DNA of 63,783 nucleotides, filler included, from Psammoneis japonica (Eukaryota), in assembly GCA_008632985.1 (NCBI GenBank). It is 4 parts of 4 records of this genome, joined end to end, with 100 filler letters (N's around TTAATTAATTAA, not from the genome) between each part and the next. Parts side by side here need not be neighbours in the genome. Positions count along the whole stretch, not along the records: positions 36,148 to 53,829 come from QPGO01000493.1; 3 more parts are not named here. One strand, given 5' to 3'. Positions 37,366 to 50,309 of this stretch are shown in pieces. Made by a program: the position numbers and the translations under genes. The notes beneath the pieces are model-generated. The model did not search any database. It was not told the DNA's origin and worked only from the letters and a program-made list of their open reading frames with translations. How positions within the stretch are numbered: the first letter of the stretch is position 1; every line of letters starts with the position of its first letter.

Positions 37366-39540
37366 GTCTTTTCAAGGAAAACAAACATGTTTTCCTTGAA
37401 AAGACACGCTTGTTTTCCTTGAAACCACATGTTTGTTTTCCTTGAAACCACATGCTTGTTTTCCTTGAAACCACATGTTTGTTTTCCTTGAAAAGACATG
37501 TTTGTTTTCCTTGAAACCGCATGTTTGTTTTCCTTTAAACGACATGTTTGTTTTCCTTGAAACGACATGTTTGTTCTCCTTGAAAAGACATGTTTGTTTT
37601 CAAGACATGCCTGTTTTCCTTGAAACGACATGTTTGTTTTTGTTGAAAAGACACGCTTGTTTTCCCTGAAAAGACATGTTTGTTTTCCTTGAAACGACAC
37701 GATTGTTTTTCTTGAAACGACATGTTTGTTCTCCTTGAAACGACATGTTTGTTTTCTTTGAAAAGACATGTTTGTTTTCCTTGAAACCACATGTTTGTTT
37801 TCTTTGAAATGACACATTTGTTTTCCTTGAAAAGACATGTTTGTCTTCCTTGAAATGAAATGTTTGTTTTCCTTGAAACGACATGTTTGTTTCAATTGAA
37901 AAGACATGTTTGTTTTCCTTGAAACAACACGTTTGTTTTCTTTGAAACGACATGTTTGTTTTCCTTGAAACGACACATTTGTTTTCCTTGAAACGACATG
38001 AATGTTTTTCATGAAACAACATGTTTGTTTTCCTTGAAACGACATGTTTGTTTTTCTTGAAACCACGTGTTTGTTTTCTTTGAAAACAAACACGTCCAGA
38101 GCACTCAGCTGAAGAAACTCTGACACAAGAGCAACAGCTCTTTTCCTTTGATCTTGTTGACATGATCATGTGGAACCATGGAGATGCTGCCATGCACGCC
38201 ATCTCTCCTTGATGACCTGTGTTCTCCCTGGCTGGACCTTTCTCACCAAACAGTTGCTCGCCGCTGAACAGAGAGCAGTGCGGGTCACATTGTCAAATGT
38301 GGGCGCAGCTGAAACACAAATCAGCTCATCTTGTGTGGCCCGCAAGCTCTTGGTGGTGGCAGGTTTTGACCGCCAGACATCAAAAAAAGAGTTGCTCAAT
38401 TGATGGTGCTGCTCAAGCACTCCAGAGGTGTCACACATTTTCATCTGGGAGAGGATCAACCCCACAAATTGCTGCACATTGCAGTCTCATGGATCCAACT
38501 GAACTTGTGGACAGGCGCGAGCTTCTTGTGGGGTGCAGATGCTGTTCTCCTGCACATGGAATTGTGTTGGTTTGCTTCCGTCAGTGCGTTCTTGCACAGA
38601 ATTCAAGGCAAACTCATGTTGTTTTAGGAAAGACAGATGTGTCATTTCAAAAAAAATGTCAATTCAAGGAAAACAAACATGTTCTTTCAAGGAAAACAAG
38701 CGTGTCTTTTAAAGGAAAACAAACACGTCGTTTCAAAGAAAACAAACATGTTGTTCCAAAGAAAACAAGCGTGTCTTTTCAAGACAAACAAACACGTCAT
38801 TTCAAGGAAAACAAACATGTCTTTTCAAGGAAAACAAACATGTCGTTTCAAGGAAAACAAGCATGTGGTTTCAAGGAAAACAAACATGTCTTGAAAACAA
38901 ACATGTCTTTTCAGAGAAAACAAACGTGTCATTTCAAGAAAAACTGTGTCGTTTCAAGGAAAACAAGCACGTCTTTTCAAGGAAAACAAACATGTCTTTT
39001 CAAGGAAAACAAACATGTCTTTTCAAGGAAAACAAACATGTCGTTTCAAGGAAAACAAACATGTCTTTTCAAGGAAAACAAACATGTCGTTTCAAGGAAA
39101 AAAATGTGTCTTTTCAAGGAAAACAAACGTGTCATTTCAAGGAAAACAATCATGTGGTTTCAAGGAAAACAAACATGTCTTTTCAATGAAAACAAACATG
39201 TCTTGAAAACAAACATGTCTTTTTAAGGAAAACAAACATGTCTTTTCAAGGAAAACAAGCACGTTGTTTCAAGGAAACAAACATGTGTTTTCAAGGAAAC
39301 AATGTGTCTTTTCAGGGAAAACAAACACGTCTTTTCAAGGAAAACAAACACATCGTTTCAAGGAAAACAAACGTGTCGTTTCAAGGAAAAAAAATGTGTC
39401 TTTTCAAGGAAAACAAACGTGTTGTTTCAAGGAAAACGAACACGTGGTTTCAAGGAAAACAAACATGTCTTTCAATGAAAACAAAGATGTCCTGAAAACA
39501 AACATGTCTTTTTGGGGAAAACAAACATGTCAAGGACATG
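37366..39540. repeat. Two arrays of the 23-bp satellite TTTCAAGGAAAACAAACATGTCG in opposite orientation (37366-38090 minus, 38605-39540 plus)
   Basis: 23-nt period; the translation cycles every 23 aa (SFQGKQTCRFKENKHVVSRKTNM = 3 units). Confidence 0.95.
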
Positions 39541-39544
39541 TTCA

Positions 39545-40410
39545 GTTGGACAAATGCTGTGTGATGATGCTGTGCACAACACATGCCTGAATGTGTGTGC
39601 GGAGAAGGGGCTCAACAGCTGGCTGAGTGGCAACTTCTTTGCCTCTTGGGTTGTTGAGAACTCCTGCACTCGCCAGGACAGTGTGCAGTGTTCTGAGTGG
39701 TTGTGAGTCTTTGCGCTTCCTGAGGTTGCTGGCTTGAATCGGCCTCAAATCCAAGCCTCCTTTTCTTTCTCAGCCTGCCCCTTTCCAACCCCATCCGGGG
39801 TGGGCGGCTGGGCTTCGAGCCCGCTCCTCCCTTGGCCAGATGCGCCACATGGCACTGGCCCATCCTGCCCAACATGGGGAGTGCATGGTCAAATTCGTGA
39901 GTCCTCCGTGCGGATGCGCCACATGGCGACAACCCATCCTGCAACGAGAGGGAGAGTTGGACAAATGCTGTGTGACGATGCTGTGCACAACACACGCCCA
40001 AATGTGTGCGCGGAGAAGGGACTCAACAGCCAGCCGAGTGGCAACTTCTTTGCCTCTTGGGTTGTTGAGAACCTCCTGCACTCGCCAGGACAGTGTGCAG
40101 CATTCTGAGTGGTTGTGAGTCTTTGCGCTTCCTGAGGTCGCTGGCTCAAATTGGCCTCAAATCCAAGCCTCCTTTTCTTTCTCGGCCTGCCCCTTTCCAA
40201 CCCCATCCGGGGTGGGCGGCTGGGCTTCGAACCCACTCCTCCCTTGGCCGGATGCGCCACATGGCACCAACCCATCCTGCCTGACAGAGGGAGTGCATGG
40301 TCAAATTCGCAAGTCCACTGTGCAGATGCGCCACATGGCACAACCCATCCTGCAATGAGAGGGAGAGTTGGACAAATGCTGTGTGATGATGCTGTGCACA
40401 ACACACGCAT
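39545..40410 (+). repeat. 411-bp tandem unit (about 2.1 copies); further copies at 50310-51160, partial at 45228-45610 and 48761-48985, inverted at 37065-37360
   Basis: GTTGGACAAATGCTGTG recurs at 39545, 39956 and 40367, and at 50310, 50721 and 51116. Confidence 0.9.
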
Positions 40411-41547
40411 CAGAGTGCACGAAATGTTAAAAATGTGTGGATTTGCATGATGACAATTTGTCAAAATGTTGCAAAAAATTGTTGTCGCACAATGACAGGC
40501 CAACCTCTGGTTGCAAGTTTGCTGTGCCAATGTCACAACAACTTGTTGAGAATCATGTGTGCCATTTTTCACTGTGTCCACATCGCCATTTCTGCCTCCA
40601 CCTTGTTGCCATGTGCCAATCTGTGATTGCATTGCCACACAATCCTTGGTTTGTCAATTTTTGCAAACAGGGGTGTGATCACAGAACCGCTTGCGTGCCT
40701 GCTTGTTCCTTCATTTGCTGCCGGCGACAGTGTCTGGGCTGGGCGGATCCCATGTCGGCACAATCGGGATGTCTTTCTTTTCATTCTTGTCATGGCTTGA
40801 CTTTTTCCTGCCTTGCTTTTTCCTCTTGACTGCCGCCTTGAGTTTCTTTTCTTTTTCCTTTCCCTCTTCCTTGGTGACAACGCCTGCACAGACAAAGCAT
40901 CACCGTCATCTTCTTGTGAGATGCGCGCAACTCTCGAGTCACACACATTGGTCACCCAACTTGCGGGCCATTGCCTCCGCCCCAACAGCCGAACACACCG
41001 TGTTTCTGAGATTGTCAACTTGCCTTTTTGCCACCTTTTTTGCCCATTCCTCCCAAGTTCCTGACCAATTTGAAGTGTCCATGTTGCCACCAGCAATCTG
41101 TTTCTTGACAAACATTGAGACGCTCCCATTGCTTGCCAATTCTGACGGGCTGAGAAACTTCACCTGTGGAAAGAGATCATTTCCAGCCACCTTCTCCTCT
41201 TCTGGTTTCAGCGCACCATGCGCTGCCTGCGTGCCCGTTCTCTTCAACACTGCCTGAAGTCTCGGGCTGCAGTGCATCCTTGCTCCGAAGAGTGTGCGCC
41301 AATGAGGAATGTCCCCATTTGCGTGGCTGCTGCCATGTGGGTTGATCCAGCCAATGGACAGCCACGCCCACTGCCAGCCCACGAGGCTGTGTTTTTCAGG
41401 GAAAGAATGACTGACACCCTGCTGTGCCCCAGCCAACTGTGAGCAAGTGAGCTGACTGTCCACGACACCCCTCGCCAGTTTGATCCCAACAGCGCGCACT
41501 CTGTTGTTTTCCTTGACTTGAAAATCAGGGTGCATTTGCGTGCGCAA

Positions 41548-42048
41548 GGTGTTGCTTTGGTCTTTGACTCACACGAGCTGACTCAGGAGGACATGGAGAA
41601 CCTCCCCCGGCTGGAACTGATGCCATCCCTTGGATGGGAACCTTCTGCTGATGCCATGGCGCAAAAGGAGGAAGAGCGCGCATGCGTCAGTGTGTGCCAA
41701 GGACCGTCAAAGTCCGGTGGACAGCTGACAATGATGAGTGCAACCAGGTGCATTGCTTCGGCTTGTTCGTGTCAGACATCCCATCACAATGAGAGCGTCA
41801 TTGTGGGTGCAAATGACGATGATTCTCTGCATCGCTGCTTGGCTGCTCAGGCCAGTGCATCTCACAATGACACTGGGGGAGACCGGCCACATGAACGGAA
41901 CAATCTGGACGTCCACCTGGATTGTGCCAAGTGGAAAGGGGTGCGTGCACTGTTGACCTTGAGTCGTGCATCGACTGTCACGCCGGAGATGCTCTCCAAG
42001 AGGTGGAACATTGGTCTGACGGCTGCCAAGAACACCCTCAGAGTGACG
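41548..42048 (+). mobile_element. Copia (CoDi-like) pre-integrase fragment
   Basis: LPRLELMPSLGWEPS and VTPEMLSKRWNIGLTAAKNTLRVT. Confidence 0.7.
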
Positions 42049-42859
42049 CCCAGGCAGGGTCCGCAACTTCAAGATCATGGGTTGAGTGAGCACTGGGTGC
42101 ACGCTCACGGACAGAAGTGTTCGCGAGCCGGAGGAGCGCTTGGGCACCCAGATCAGAAAGTGCCAGTTGTCTGACTTGGAAAGCAAGGCACGCTGGGCCA
42201 TGTCCTCTGACCTTTGAGTCAAATGGGCATTGGCTGATGTTGAGTTGGAGCTCAAGCAAATTGACAGGTGTCTTCCGACAAATGCGTCGACGCCCTTGAG
42301 CTTGGGAAACAGGCCTGAACTGGATGGCTTGCCTGAGTTAAATGCCAAAACGGCCAACTGTCATCAAGGCTTTCTTGGCGTGCTCCAAGTTGTTTGTTTT
42401 TCTTGAAAAGACATGTTTGTTTTTGTCAAAAAGACATGTTTGTTTTCCTTGAAACAACGCGTTTGTTTTCCTTCCTTGAAAAGACATGTTTGTTTTCCTT
42501 GAAAAGACACGTTTGTTTTCTTTGAAACAACATGTTTGTTTTCCTTTAAACACATGTTTGACGCGTTCCAGGTCCAGGTGGGACTCGCACTGCTGAACTG
42601 TGACATCGACAGTTTTTTGAATCACGTCGCATGTCGCGCACGTAGATTTCTACGTGATTTTTTTGACATTTTGTGTCATTTTACGGTGCACTTGTTGAGC
42701 GATCCATCCAACAACTTTTGACATTTTTTGTTACAGCGCGATTCTACAATGTCTTAAGAATCGTGCAGGGCAGGTGCATTTGCAAAAACGTTGAGTGGCA
42801 AGAGGCATGATTGTGCCACAAACTTTGCCGTTTGTTTGATGTTGAAGACAAACACATTG

Positions 42860-44205
42860 AAAGACCGATCTGAACCGTCCAATCTGGTGGCTGTTTGTTT
42901 TCTTCCTGACATTGTCGCAGAATGCCAGAATCGCGCAGGTGTCCGGATTGCAAAAGATTCCACATGTGCGAGCATCTGCCGTTGAAAACCTGTCTCCAAC
43001 CAACATCCAATTGAGCTCACCAAAGTTCCTTGCATCGACAGTCCACATTGTCGAAGCACGTCATTTCGTCATCAAACCAGGCTTGAAGCATGTCCAGGAG
43101 GAAGTCTCGGAGAGCAGGCACAGCGTCGATCTTGTGCAGCAGCATCAAAGACCCTGCAGGAACTTCCTTCTCCACTGTTCGTTGTTTGGACACCAAAGCA
43201 TGTGGTCCCTGTCTTCCATCGGATGCTCACATGTGATGCATTGGTGCGGTCGAACTGGGTTGTGTTGATTTGCGATCTTGTCAGTCGGCAGCAAGTCATG
43301 GACCAGTTTGACTGTGTCAACATGCTGTTGTGAGTGACGTTTCACCAGAACCGCGCGAGCATTCCAGTCGACAAGGTCAACCACTGAAGGATCCCATTTG
43401 TTCCGTTCGACAACATGTTGCATCAATTCAGGAGCAGCAGCAGCGCACCGAATTTGTTTCTTGTAATTCGTCGTGATTGCACCCCCGTCGATCTCCAGAT
43501 GCAAGTGGCAATGTGGCAGGTGCTTGACCTGATTCGTGTCGTGCAGGCAATGTCCTTGGCAAGCTCCTGCCAATTTGTCCGCTCGGATGTTAACTCTGGC
43601 ATTTAACGGCAATGAGTGGACGGGAGATTGCCTGTCTTGATGTCCTTTTACCCATCGCACTGGAGGCAGAGCGAGATCGGCTGCATCCGACAGTTGCGTC
43701 AAAGCTTGCTGGGTGTGGAGGATCTCATTCAAAATGTCCCAATCCGGAGCGACAGCGTTGGCCCCATGGCAGCGAATGTGAAAGTCGTGTTGTTCGCATG
43801 CGTCGTTCTCGGGATCACTCACCGGCAGGATGGGAGTCAATTCAGACAAACAGTCAACCAGTGCTTTGTCATCGCAATGAATCACTGCATCCAAAGGAAC
43901 GGCAATGCGGCAGCATTTGCACAGCCGGCAGATGAATCTTGCAATGGATGGAATGCCGCAAGCTTCTGCGTGGTGAGAGGACGGAGTCTTCCCAAAAACT
44001 GGCCCTGCACAATCCACTGGTGGTGCACCATCCATGGCAATGGTCCACCCAAAGGTGGCTCCTTCTTGGACCGATCCATCACTGCCTGTGGTGAGATGAG
44101 ATGAAAGAAAGTGTCGAACCACTGTTCGTGGAGAAACATGAAAGACCAAGTCTTCAAATGGCACAGATTCCCACTTGTCGAGTCCCTGAAGATGCGACAG
44201 AAAGG
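42860..44205 (-). mobile_element. Decayed non-LTR retrotransposon 3' part: RNase H and CCHC knuckle
   Basis: GSDGSV...ATFGW, PSSHHAEACG (SSYRAE.YG), HCDDKALV, WVKGHQD, NIRADKLA, CITC...EDRDHMLWC, IGWRQVFNGR. Confidence 0.85.
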
Positions 44206-45220
44206 AATGTTTGTTTTCCTTGAAACGACACGTTTGTTTTCCTTGAAGAGACATGTTTGTTTTCTTTGAAATGACGTGTTTGTTTTTCTTGAAAATGCAC
44301 GTTTGTTTTCCTTGAAAAGACATGATTGTTTTCCTTGAAACCACATGTTTGTTTTCCCTGAAATGACGCATTTGTTTTCCTTGAAAAGACACGTTTGTTT
44401 TCTTTAAAAAACATGTTTGTTTTCCTTGAAAAGACANNNNNNNNNNNNNNNNNNNNNNNNNNNNNNNNNNNNNNNNNNNNNNNNNNNNNNNNNNNNNNNN
44501 NNNNNNNNNNNNNNNNNNNNNNNNNNNNNNNNNNNNNNNNNNNNNNNNNNNNNNNNNNNNNNNNNNNNNNNNNNNNNNNNNNNNNNNNNNNNNNNNNNNN
44601 NNNNNNNNNNNNNNNNNNNNNNNNNNNNNNNNNNNNNNNNNNNNNNNNNNNNNNNNNNNNNNNNNNNNNNNNNNNNNNNNNNNNNNNNNNNNNNNNNNNN
44701 NNNNNNNNNNNNNNNNNNNNNNNNNNNNNATTTCAAGGAAAACAAACATGTCTTTTCAAGGAAAACAAACGTGTCATTTCAAAGAAAACAAACATGTGGT
44801 TTCAAGGAAAACAAACATGTCTTTTCAAGGAAAACAAACATGTCGTTTCAAGGAAAACAAACATGTCGTTTCAAGAAAAACAATCGTGTCATTTCAAGGA
44901 AAACAAACATGTCTTTTCAGGGAAAACAAGCGTGTCTTTTCAATGAAAACAAACATGTCGTTTCAAGGAAAACAGGCATGTCTTGAAAACAAACATGTCT
45001 TTTCAAGGAGAACAAACATGTCGTTTCAAGGAAAACAAACATGTTGTTTCAAGGAAAACAAACATGTGGTTTCAAGGAAAACAAACATGTCTTTTCAAGG
45101 AAAACAAACATGTGGTTTCAAGGAAAACAAACACGTGGTTTCAAGGAAAACAAACATGTGGTTTCAAGGAAAACAAGCATGTCTTTTCAAGGAAAACATG
45201 TTTGTTTTCCTTGAAAAGAC
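44206..45220. repeat. 23-bp satellite arrays (44206-44436 minus, 44730-45220 plus, separated by a gap); short array also at 42390-42558
   Basis: Same TTTCAAGGAAAACAAACATGTC unit. Confidence 0.95.
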
Positions 45221-45892
45221 GTGTTCAGTTGGACAAATGCTGTGCGATGATGCTGTGCACAACACATGCCTGAATGTGTGCTGCGCTTCCTGAGGTTGCT
45301 GGCTCAAGTGGTTGTGAGTCTTTGCGCTTCCTGAGGTCGCTGGCTCAAATTGGCCTCAAATCGAAGCCTCCTTTTCTTTCTCGGCCTGCCCCTTTCCAAC
45401 CCCATCCGGGTTGGGCGGCTGGGCTTCGAACCCACTCCTCCCTTGGCCGGATGCGCCACATGGCACCAACCCATCCTGCCTGACAGAGGGAGTGCATGGT
45501 CAAATTTGCAAGTCCGCTGTGCAGATGCGCCACATGGAGACAACCCATCCTGCGATGAGAGGGAGAGTTGGGCAAATGCTGTGTGATGATGCTGTGCACA
45601 ACACACGCATCAGAGTGCACGAAATGTCAAAAATGTGTGGATTTGCATTTCAAGGAAAACAAGCACGTGGTTTCAAGGAAAACAAACGTGTCATTTCATG
45701 GAAAACAAACATCCCTTGGATGGGAACCTTCTGCTGATGCCATGGCGCAAAATGAGGAAGAGCGCGCGTGCGTCAGTGTGTGCCAAGGACCGTCAAAGTC
45801 CGGCTGCATCGCTGCTTGGCTGCTCAGGCCAGTGTCTCTCACAATGACATTGGGGGAGACCGGCCACATGAACGGAACAATCTGGACGTCCA

Positions 45893-46579
45893 CCCCTCAT
45901 GTCCTCCTGCTTGGCGGCACCATGAGTTGGACACCTGGACGAGGTGCTCCACATCTTTGCATGCTTGAAGGCTCGCTCTGAGTCTGCGCCAGTTTTCGAC
46001 GACACTGAGCCCGTCTTTGATGAGAGTCGCTTTGCCAAGTGTGATTGGGAAGAATGTCACCCTGGCGCAGCTGAGCCAATGCAGCCGAATGTGCCGGAGG
46101 CACGCGGGAACAGCGTGACCACTGCTTGCTTTGTCGACGCTGACCACGCCGGGTGCCGTGTGACGCGCAGGTCCCACACTGGGATCCTGACATTTGTCCA
46201 ACGAGCACCCATCTTGCATTGCTCCAAGCGGCAGAATGCCACGGAGTCCTCTGCTTTTGGGTCGGAGTTCGTGGCTGTGAAGACTGCTGTGGAGCAAATC
46301 GAAGCCTTGCGCTGCAAGCTTCGGATGCTCAGAATCCCCATGGATGGGGCCACTGATGTTTTCTGTGACAATGAAGCTGTCTTCAAGAACTCAACTAAAC
46401 CGGAGTCCACTTTGAAGAAGAAGCACAATGCAGCTGCCTGTCACAGGACTCGCGAGGCACAAGCCGCTGGAACAGCGCGCATTGCTTGGGAAGACGGGCG
46501 CACGAATCTGGCAGACGTGCTGACCAAGTTGTTGCCTGGACCGAAGCTCCAGGAAATCACAAGTCATGTCCTGTGGTGA
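45893..46579 (+). mobile_element. Copia (CoDi-like) RNase H domain, complete to stop
   Basis: GHLDEVLHIFACLK, FVDADHAGCRVTRRSHTG, SKRQN..ESSAFGSEFVA, FCDNEAV, PESTLKKKHNAAACHRTRE, NLADVLTK. Purine tract AAGGGGG at ~46723. Confidence 0.92.
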
Positions 46580-46912
46580 GCCCCAAAAGGGGACAAACCA
46601 AACGGGTTTGCCGCGCAGGTGCGGCACTTCCCACCCCCAAAATGTGGCTGCTGCCCTGGAGTGGGGCAGCGTCAGGTTGCATTTGTCTGTCGATCTGACC
46701 CAAGCGGAGCCAGCGTCAGTTCAAGGGGGCTGAATGAATGCTGATGTGCTGTCACAAACACAGGCAGTTTGTGTGCCATTGGCGATTGGTTCACTGTTGC
46801 TCAGTCACGGCCCAGCAGCACAACATCCCACAATTCTAGAACCTGTTGATGCTGTTCAACGATCTCTGTCTTGTCTTGCACCCAATTCTCAGCTGTCATG
46901 GCAGTGTTTGGT

Positions 46913-48185
46913 CAGTTTCAAGGAAAACAAACATGTGTTTTCAAAGAAAACAAACACGTGGTTTCAAGGAAAACAAACATGTTGTTTCAGGGAAAACAAA
47001 CATGTCTTTTCAAGAAAAAAAAACATGTCTTTTCAAGGAAAACAAACATGTTTTTTCAAAGAAAACAAACATGTCTTTTCAAGGAAAACAAATGTGTCAT
47101 TTCAGGGAAAACAAACATGTGGTTTCAGGGAAAACAATCATGTCTTTTCAAGGAAAACAAATGTGCATTTCAAGAAAAACAAACATGTCATTTCAAGAAA
47201 ACAACATGTCTCTTCAAGGAAAACAAATGTGTCATTTCAAGGAAAACAAACATGTGGTTTCAAGGAAAACAAACATGTTGTTTAAAGAAAAACAAACATG
47301 TCATTTCAAGGAAAACAAACATGAAAACAAACGTGTCGTTTCAAGGAAAACAAACGTGTCTTTTCAAGAAAAACAAACATGTCGTTTCAAGGAAAACAAA
47401 TGTGTCCTTTCAAGGAAAACAAACGTGTCCTTTCAGGGAAAACAAACATGTGCTTTCACAAAAAACAAACATGTTTTTTCCAGAAAAACAAACATGTCTT
47501 TTCAAGAAAAACAAACATGTTGTTTCAAAGAAAACAAACATGTCTTTTCAAGGAAAACAAACATGTGGTTTCAAGGAAAACAAACATGTGGTTTCAAGGA
47601 AAACAAACATGTCGTTTCAAGGAATAAAAACATGTGTTTTCAAGGAAAACAAACATGTGTTTTCAAGAAAAACAAACATGTGGTTTCAAAGAAACCAAAC
47701 ATGTCGTTTCAGGGAAAACAAACATGTCGTTTCAAGGAAAACAAACATGTCGTTTCACGGAAAACAAACATGTCTTTTCAAGAAAAACAAACATGCAATT
47801 TCAAGGAAAACAAACATGTTGTTTCAAAGAAAACAAACACGTCTTTTCAAGGAAAACAAACGTGTCATTTCAAGGAAAACAAACGCATCGTTTCAGGGAA
47901 AACAAACATGTGGTTTCACAAAAAACAAACATGTCACAAACATGTGGTTTCAAGGAAAACAAACATGTTGTTTAAAGAAAAACAAACATGTCATTTCAAG
48001 GAAAACAAACATGAAAACAAACGTGTCGTTTCAAGGAAAACAAACGTGTCTTTTCAAGAAAAACAAACATGTCGTTTCAAGGAAAACAAATGTGTCCTTT
48101 CAAGGAAAACAAACGTGTCCTTTCAGGGAATAAAAACATGTGTTTTCAAGGAAAACAAACATGTGTTTTCAAGAAAAACAAACAT
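46913..48185 (+). repeat. 23-bp satellite array running into a gap
   Basis: Same unit, with an internal higher-order duplication (~47251-47440 vs ~47941-48125). Confidence 0.95.
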
Positions 48186-49429
48186 NNNNNNNNNNNNNNN
48201 NNNNNNNNNNNNNNNNNNNNNNNNNNNNNNNNNNNNNNNNNNNNNNNNNNNNNNNNNNNNNNNNNNNNNNNNNNNNNNNNNNNNNNNNNNNNNNNNNNNN
48301 NNNNNNNNNNNNNNNNNNNNNNNNNNNNNNNNNNNNNNNNNNNNNNNNNNNNNNNNNNNNNNNNNNNNNNNNNNNNNNNNNNNNNNNNNNNNNNNNNNNN
48401 NNNNNNNNNNNNNNNNNNNNNNNNNNNNNNNNNNNNNNNNNNNNNNNNNNNNNNNNNNNNNNNNNNNNNNNNNNNNNNNNNNNNNNNNNNNNNNNNNNNN
48501 NNNNNNNNNNNNNNNNNNNNNNNNNNNNNNNNNNNNNNNNNNNNNNNNNNNNNNNNNNNNNNNNNNNNNNNNNNNNNNNNNNNNNNNNNNNNNNNNNNNN
48601 NNNNNNNNNNNNNNNNNNNNNNNNNNNNNNNNNNNNNNNNNNNNNNNNNNNNNNNNNNNNNNNNNNNNNNNNNNNNNNNNNNNNNNNNNNNNNNNNNNNN
48701 NNNNNNNNNNNNNNNNNNNNNNNNNNNNNNNNNNNNNNNNNNNNNNNNNNNNNNNNNNNNGCCCCTTTCCAACCCCATCCGGGGTGGGCGGCTGGGCTTC
48801 GAACCCAAAATTCTTCCTTTGGCCGGATGCGCCGCATGGCACCAACCCATCCTGCCTGACAGAGGGAGTGCATGGTCAAATTTGCAAGTCTGCTGTGCAG
48901 ATGCGCCACATGGCAAGAACCCATCCTGTGATGAGAGGGAGAGTTGGGCAAATGCTGTGTGATGATGCTGTGCACAACACACGCATCAGAGTGCACGAAA
49001 TGTTAAAAATGTGTGGATTTGCATGATGACAATTTGTCAAAATGTTGCAAAAAATTGTTGTTGCACAATGACAGGCCAACCTCTGGGTGCAAGTTTGCTG
49101 CGCCAATGTCGCGACAACTTGTTGAGAATCATGTGTGCCATTTTTCACTGTGCCCACATCGCCATTTCTGCCTCCACCTTGTTGCCATGTGCCAGTCCAT
49201 GATTGCATTGCCGCGCAATCCTTGGTTTGTCAATTTTTGCAAACAGGGGTGTGATCACAGAACCACTTGCACGCCTGCTTGTTCCTTCGTTTGCTGCCGG
49301 CGACAGTGTCTGGGCCAAGCAGATCCCATGTCGGCACAATCGGGATGTCTTTCTTTTCATTCTTGCCGCGGCTTGACTTTTTCCTGCCTTGCTTTTTCCT
49401 CTTGACTGCCGCCTTGAGTTTCTTTTCTC

Positions 49430-50306
49430 ATTTCAAGAAAAACAAACATGTGGTTTTAAGGAAAACAAACATGTCATTTCAAGGAAAACAAACATGTCTT
49501 TTCAAGGAAAACAAACATGTCATTTCAAGGAAAACAAACATGTGTTTTCAAGGAAAACAAACATGTGGTTTCAAGGAAAACAGACATGTCGTTTCAGGGA
49601 AAACAAACATGTCATTTCAAAGAAAACAAACATGTCTTTTCAAGGAAAACAAACATGTCATTTCAAGGAAAACAAACATGTCATTTCAAGGAAATCAAAC
49701 ATGCGTTTTCAAGCAAAACAAACATGTGGTTTCAAAGAAACCAAACATGTCGTTTCAGGGAAAACAAACATGTCGTTTCAAGGAAAACAAACATGTCTTT
49801 TCAAGGAAAACAAACATGTTTTTTCAAGGAAAACAAGCATGTCTTTTCAAGGAAAACAAATGTGTTGTTTCAGGGAAAACAAACATGTGGTTTCAGAGAA
49901 AACAAACACGTCTTTTCAAGGAAAACAAACATGTTGTTTCAAAAAAACAAACATGTCGTTTCAAAGAAAACAAACATGTCTTTTCAAGGAAAACAAACGT
50001 GTCATTTCAAGGAAAACAAACATGTGGTTTCAAGGAAAACAAACATGTTGTTTAAAGAAAAACAAACATGTCGTTTCAAGGAAAACAAACATGTCTTTTC
50101 AAGGAAAACAAACGTGTCGTTTCAAGGAAAACGAACATGTGGTTTCAAGGAAAACAAATGTGTCGTTTGAAGAAAAACAAACACATCGTTTCAAGGAAAA
50201 CAAACGTGTCGTTTCAAGGAAAACAAACATGTTGTTTCAAGGAAAACAAACGTGTCATTTCAAGGAAAACAAACATGTCTTTTCAGAGAAAACAAACATG
50301 TCTTTT
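49430..50306 (+). repeat. 23-bp satellite array
   Basis: Same unit. Confidence 0.95.
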
Positions 50307-50309
50307 CCA

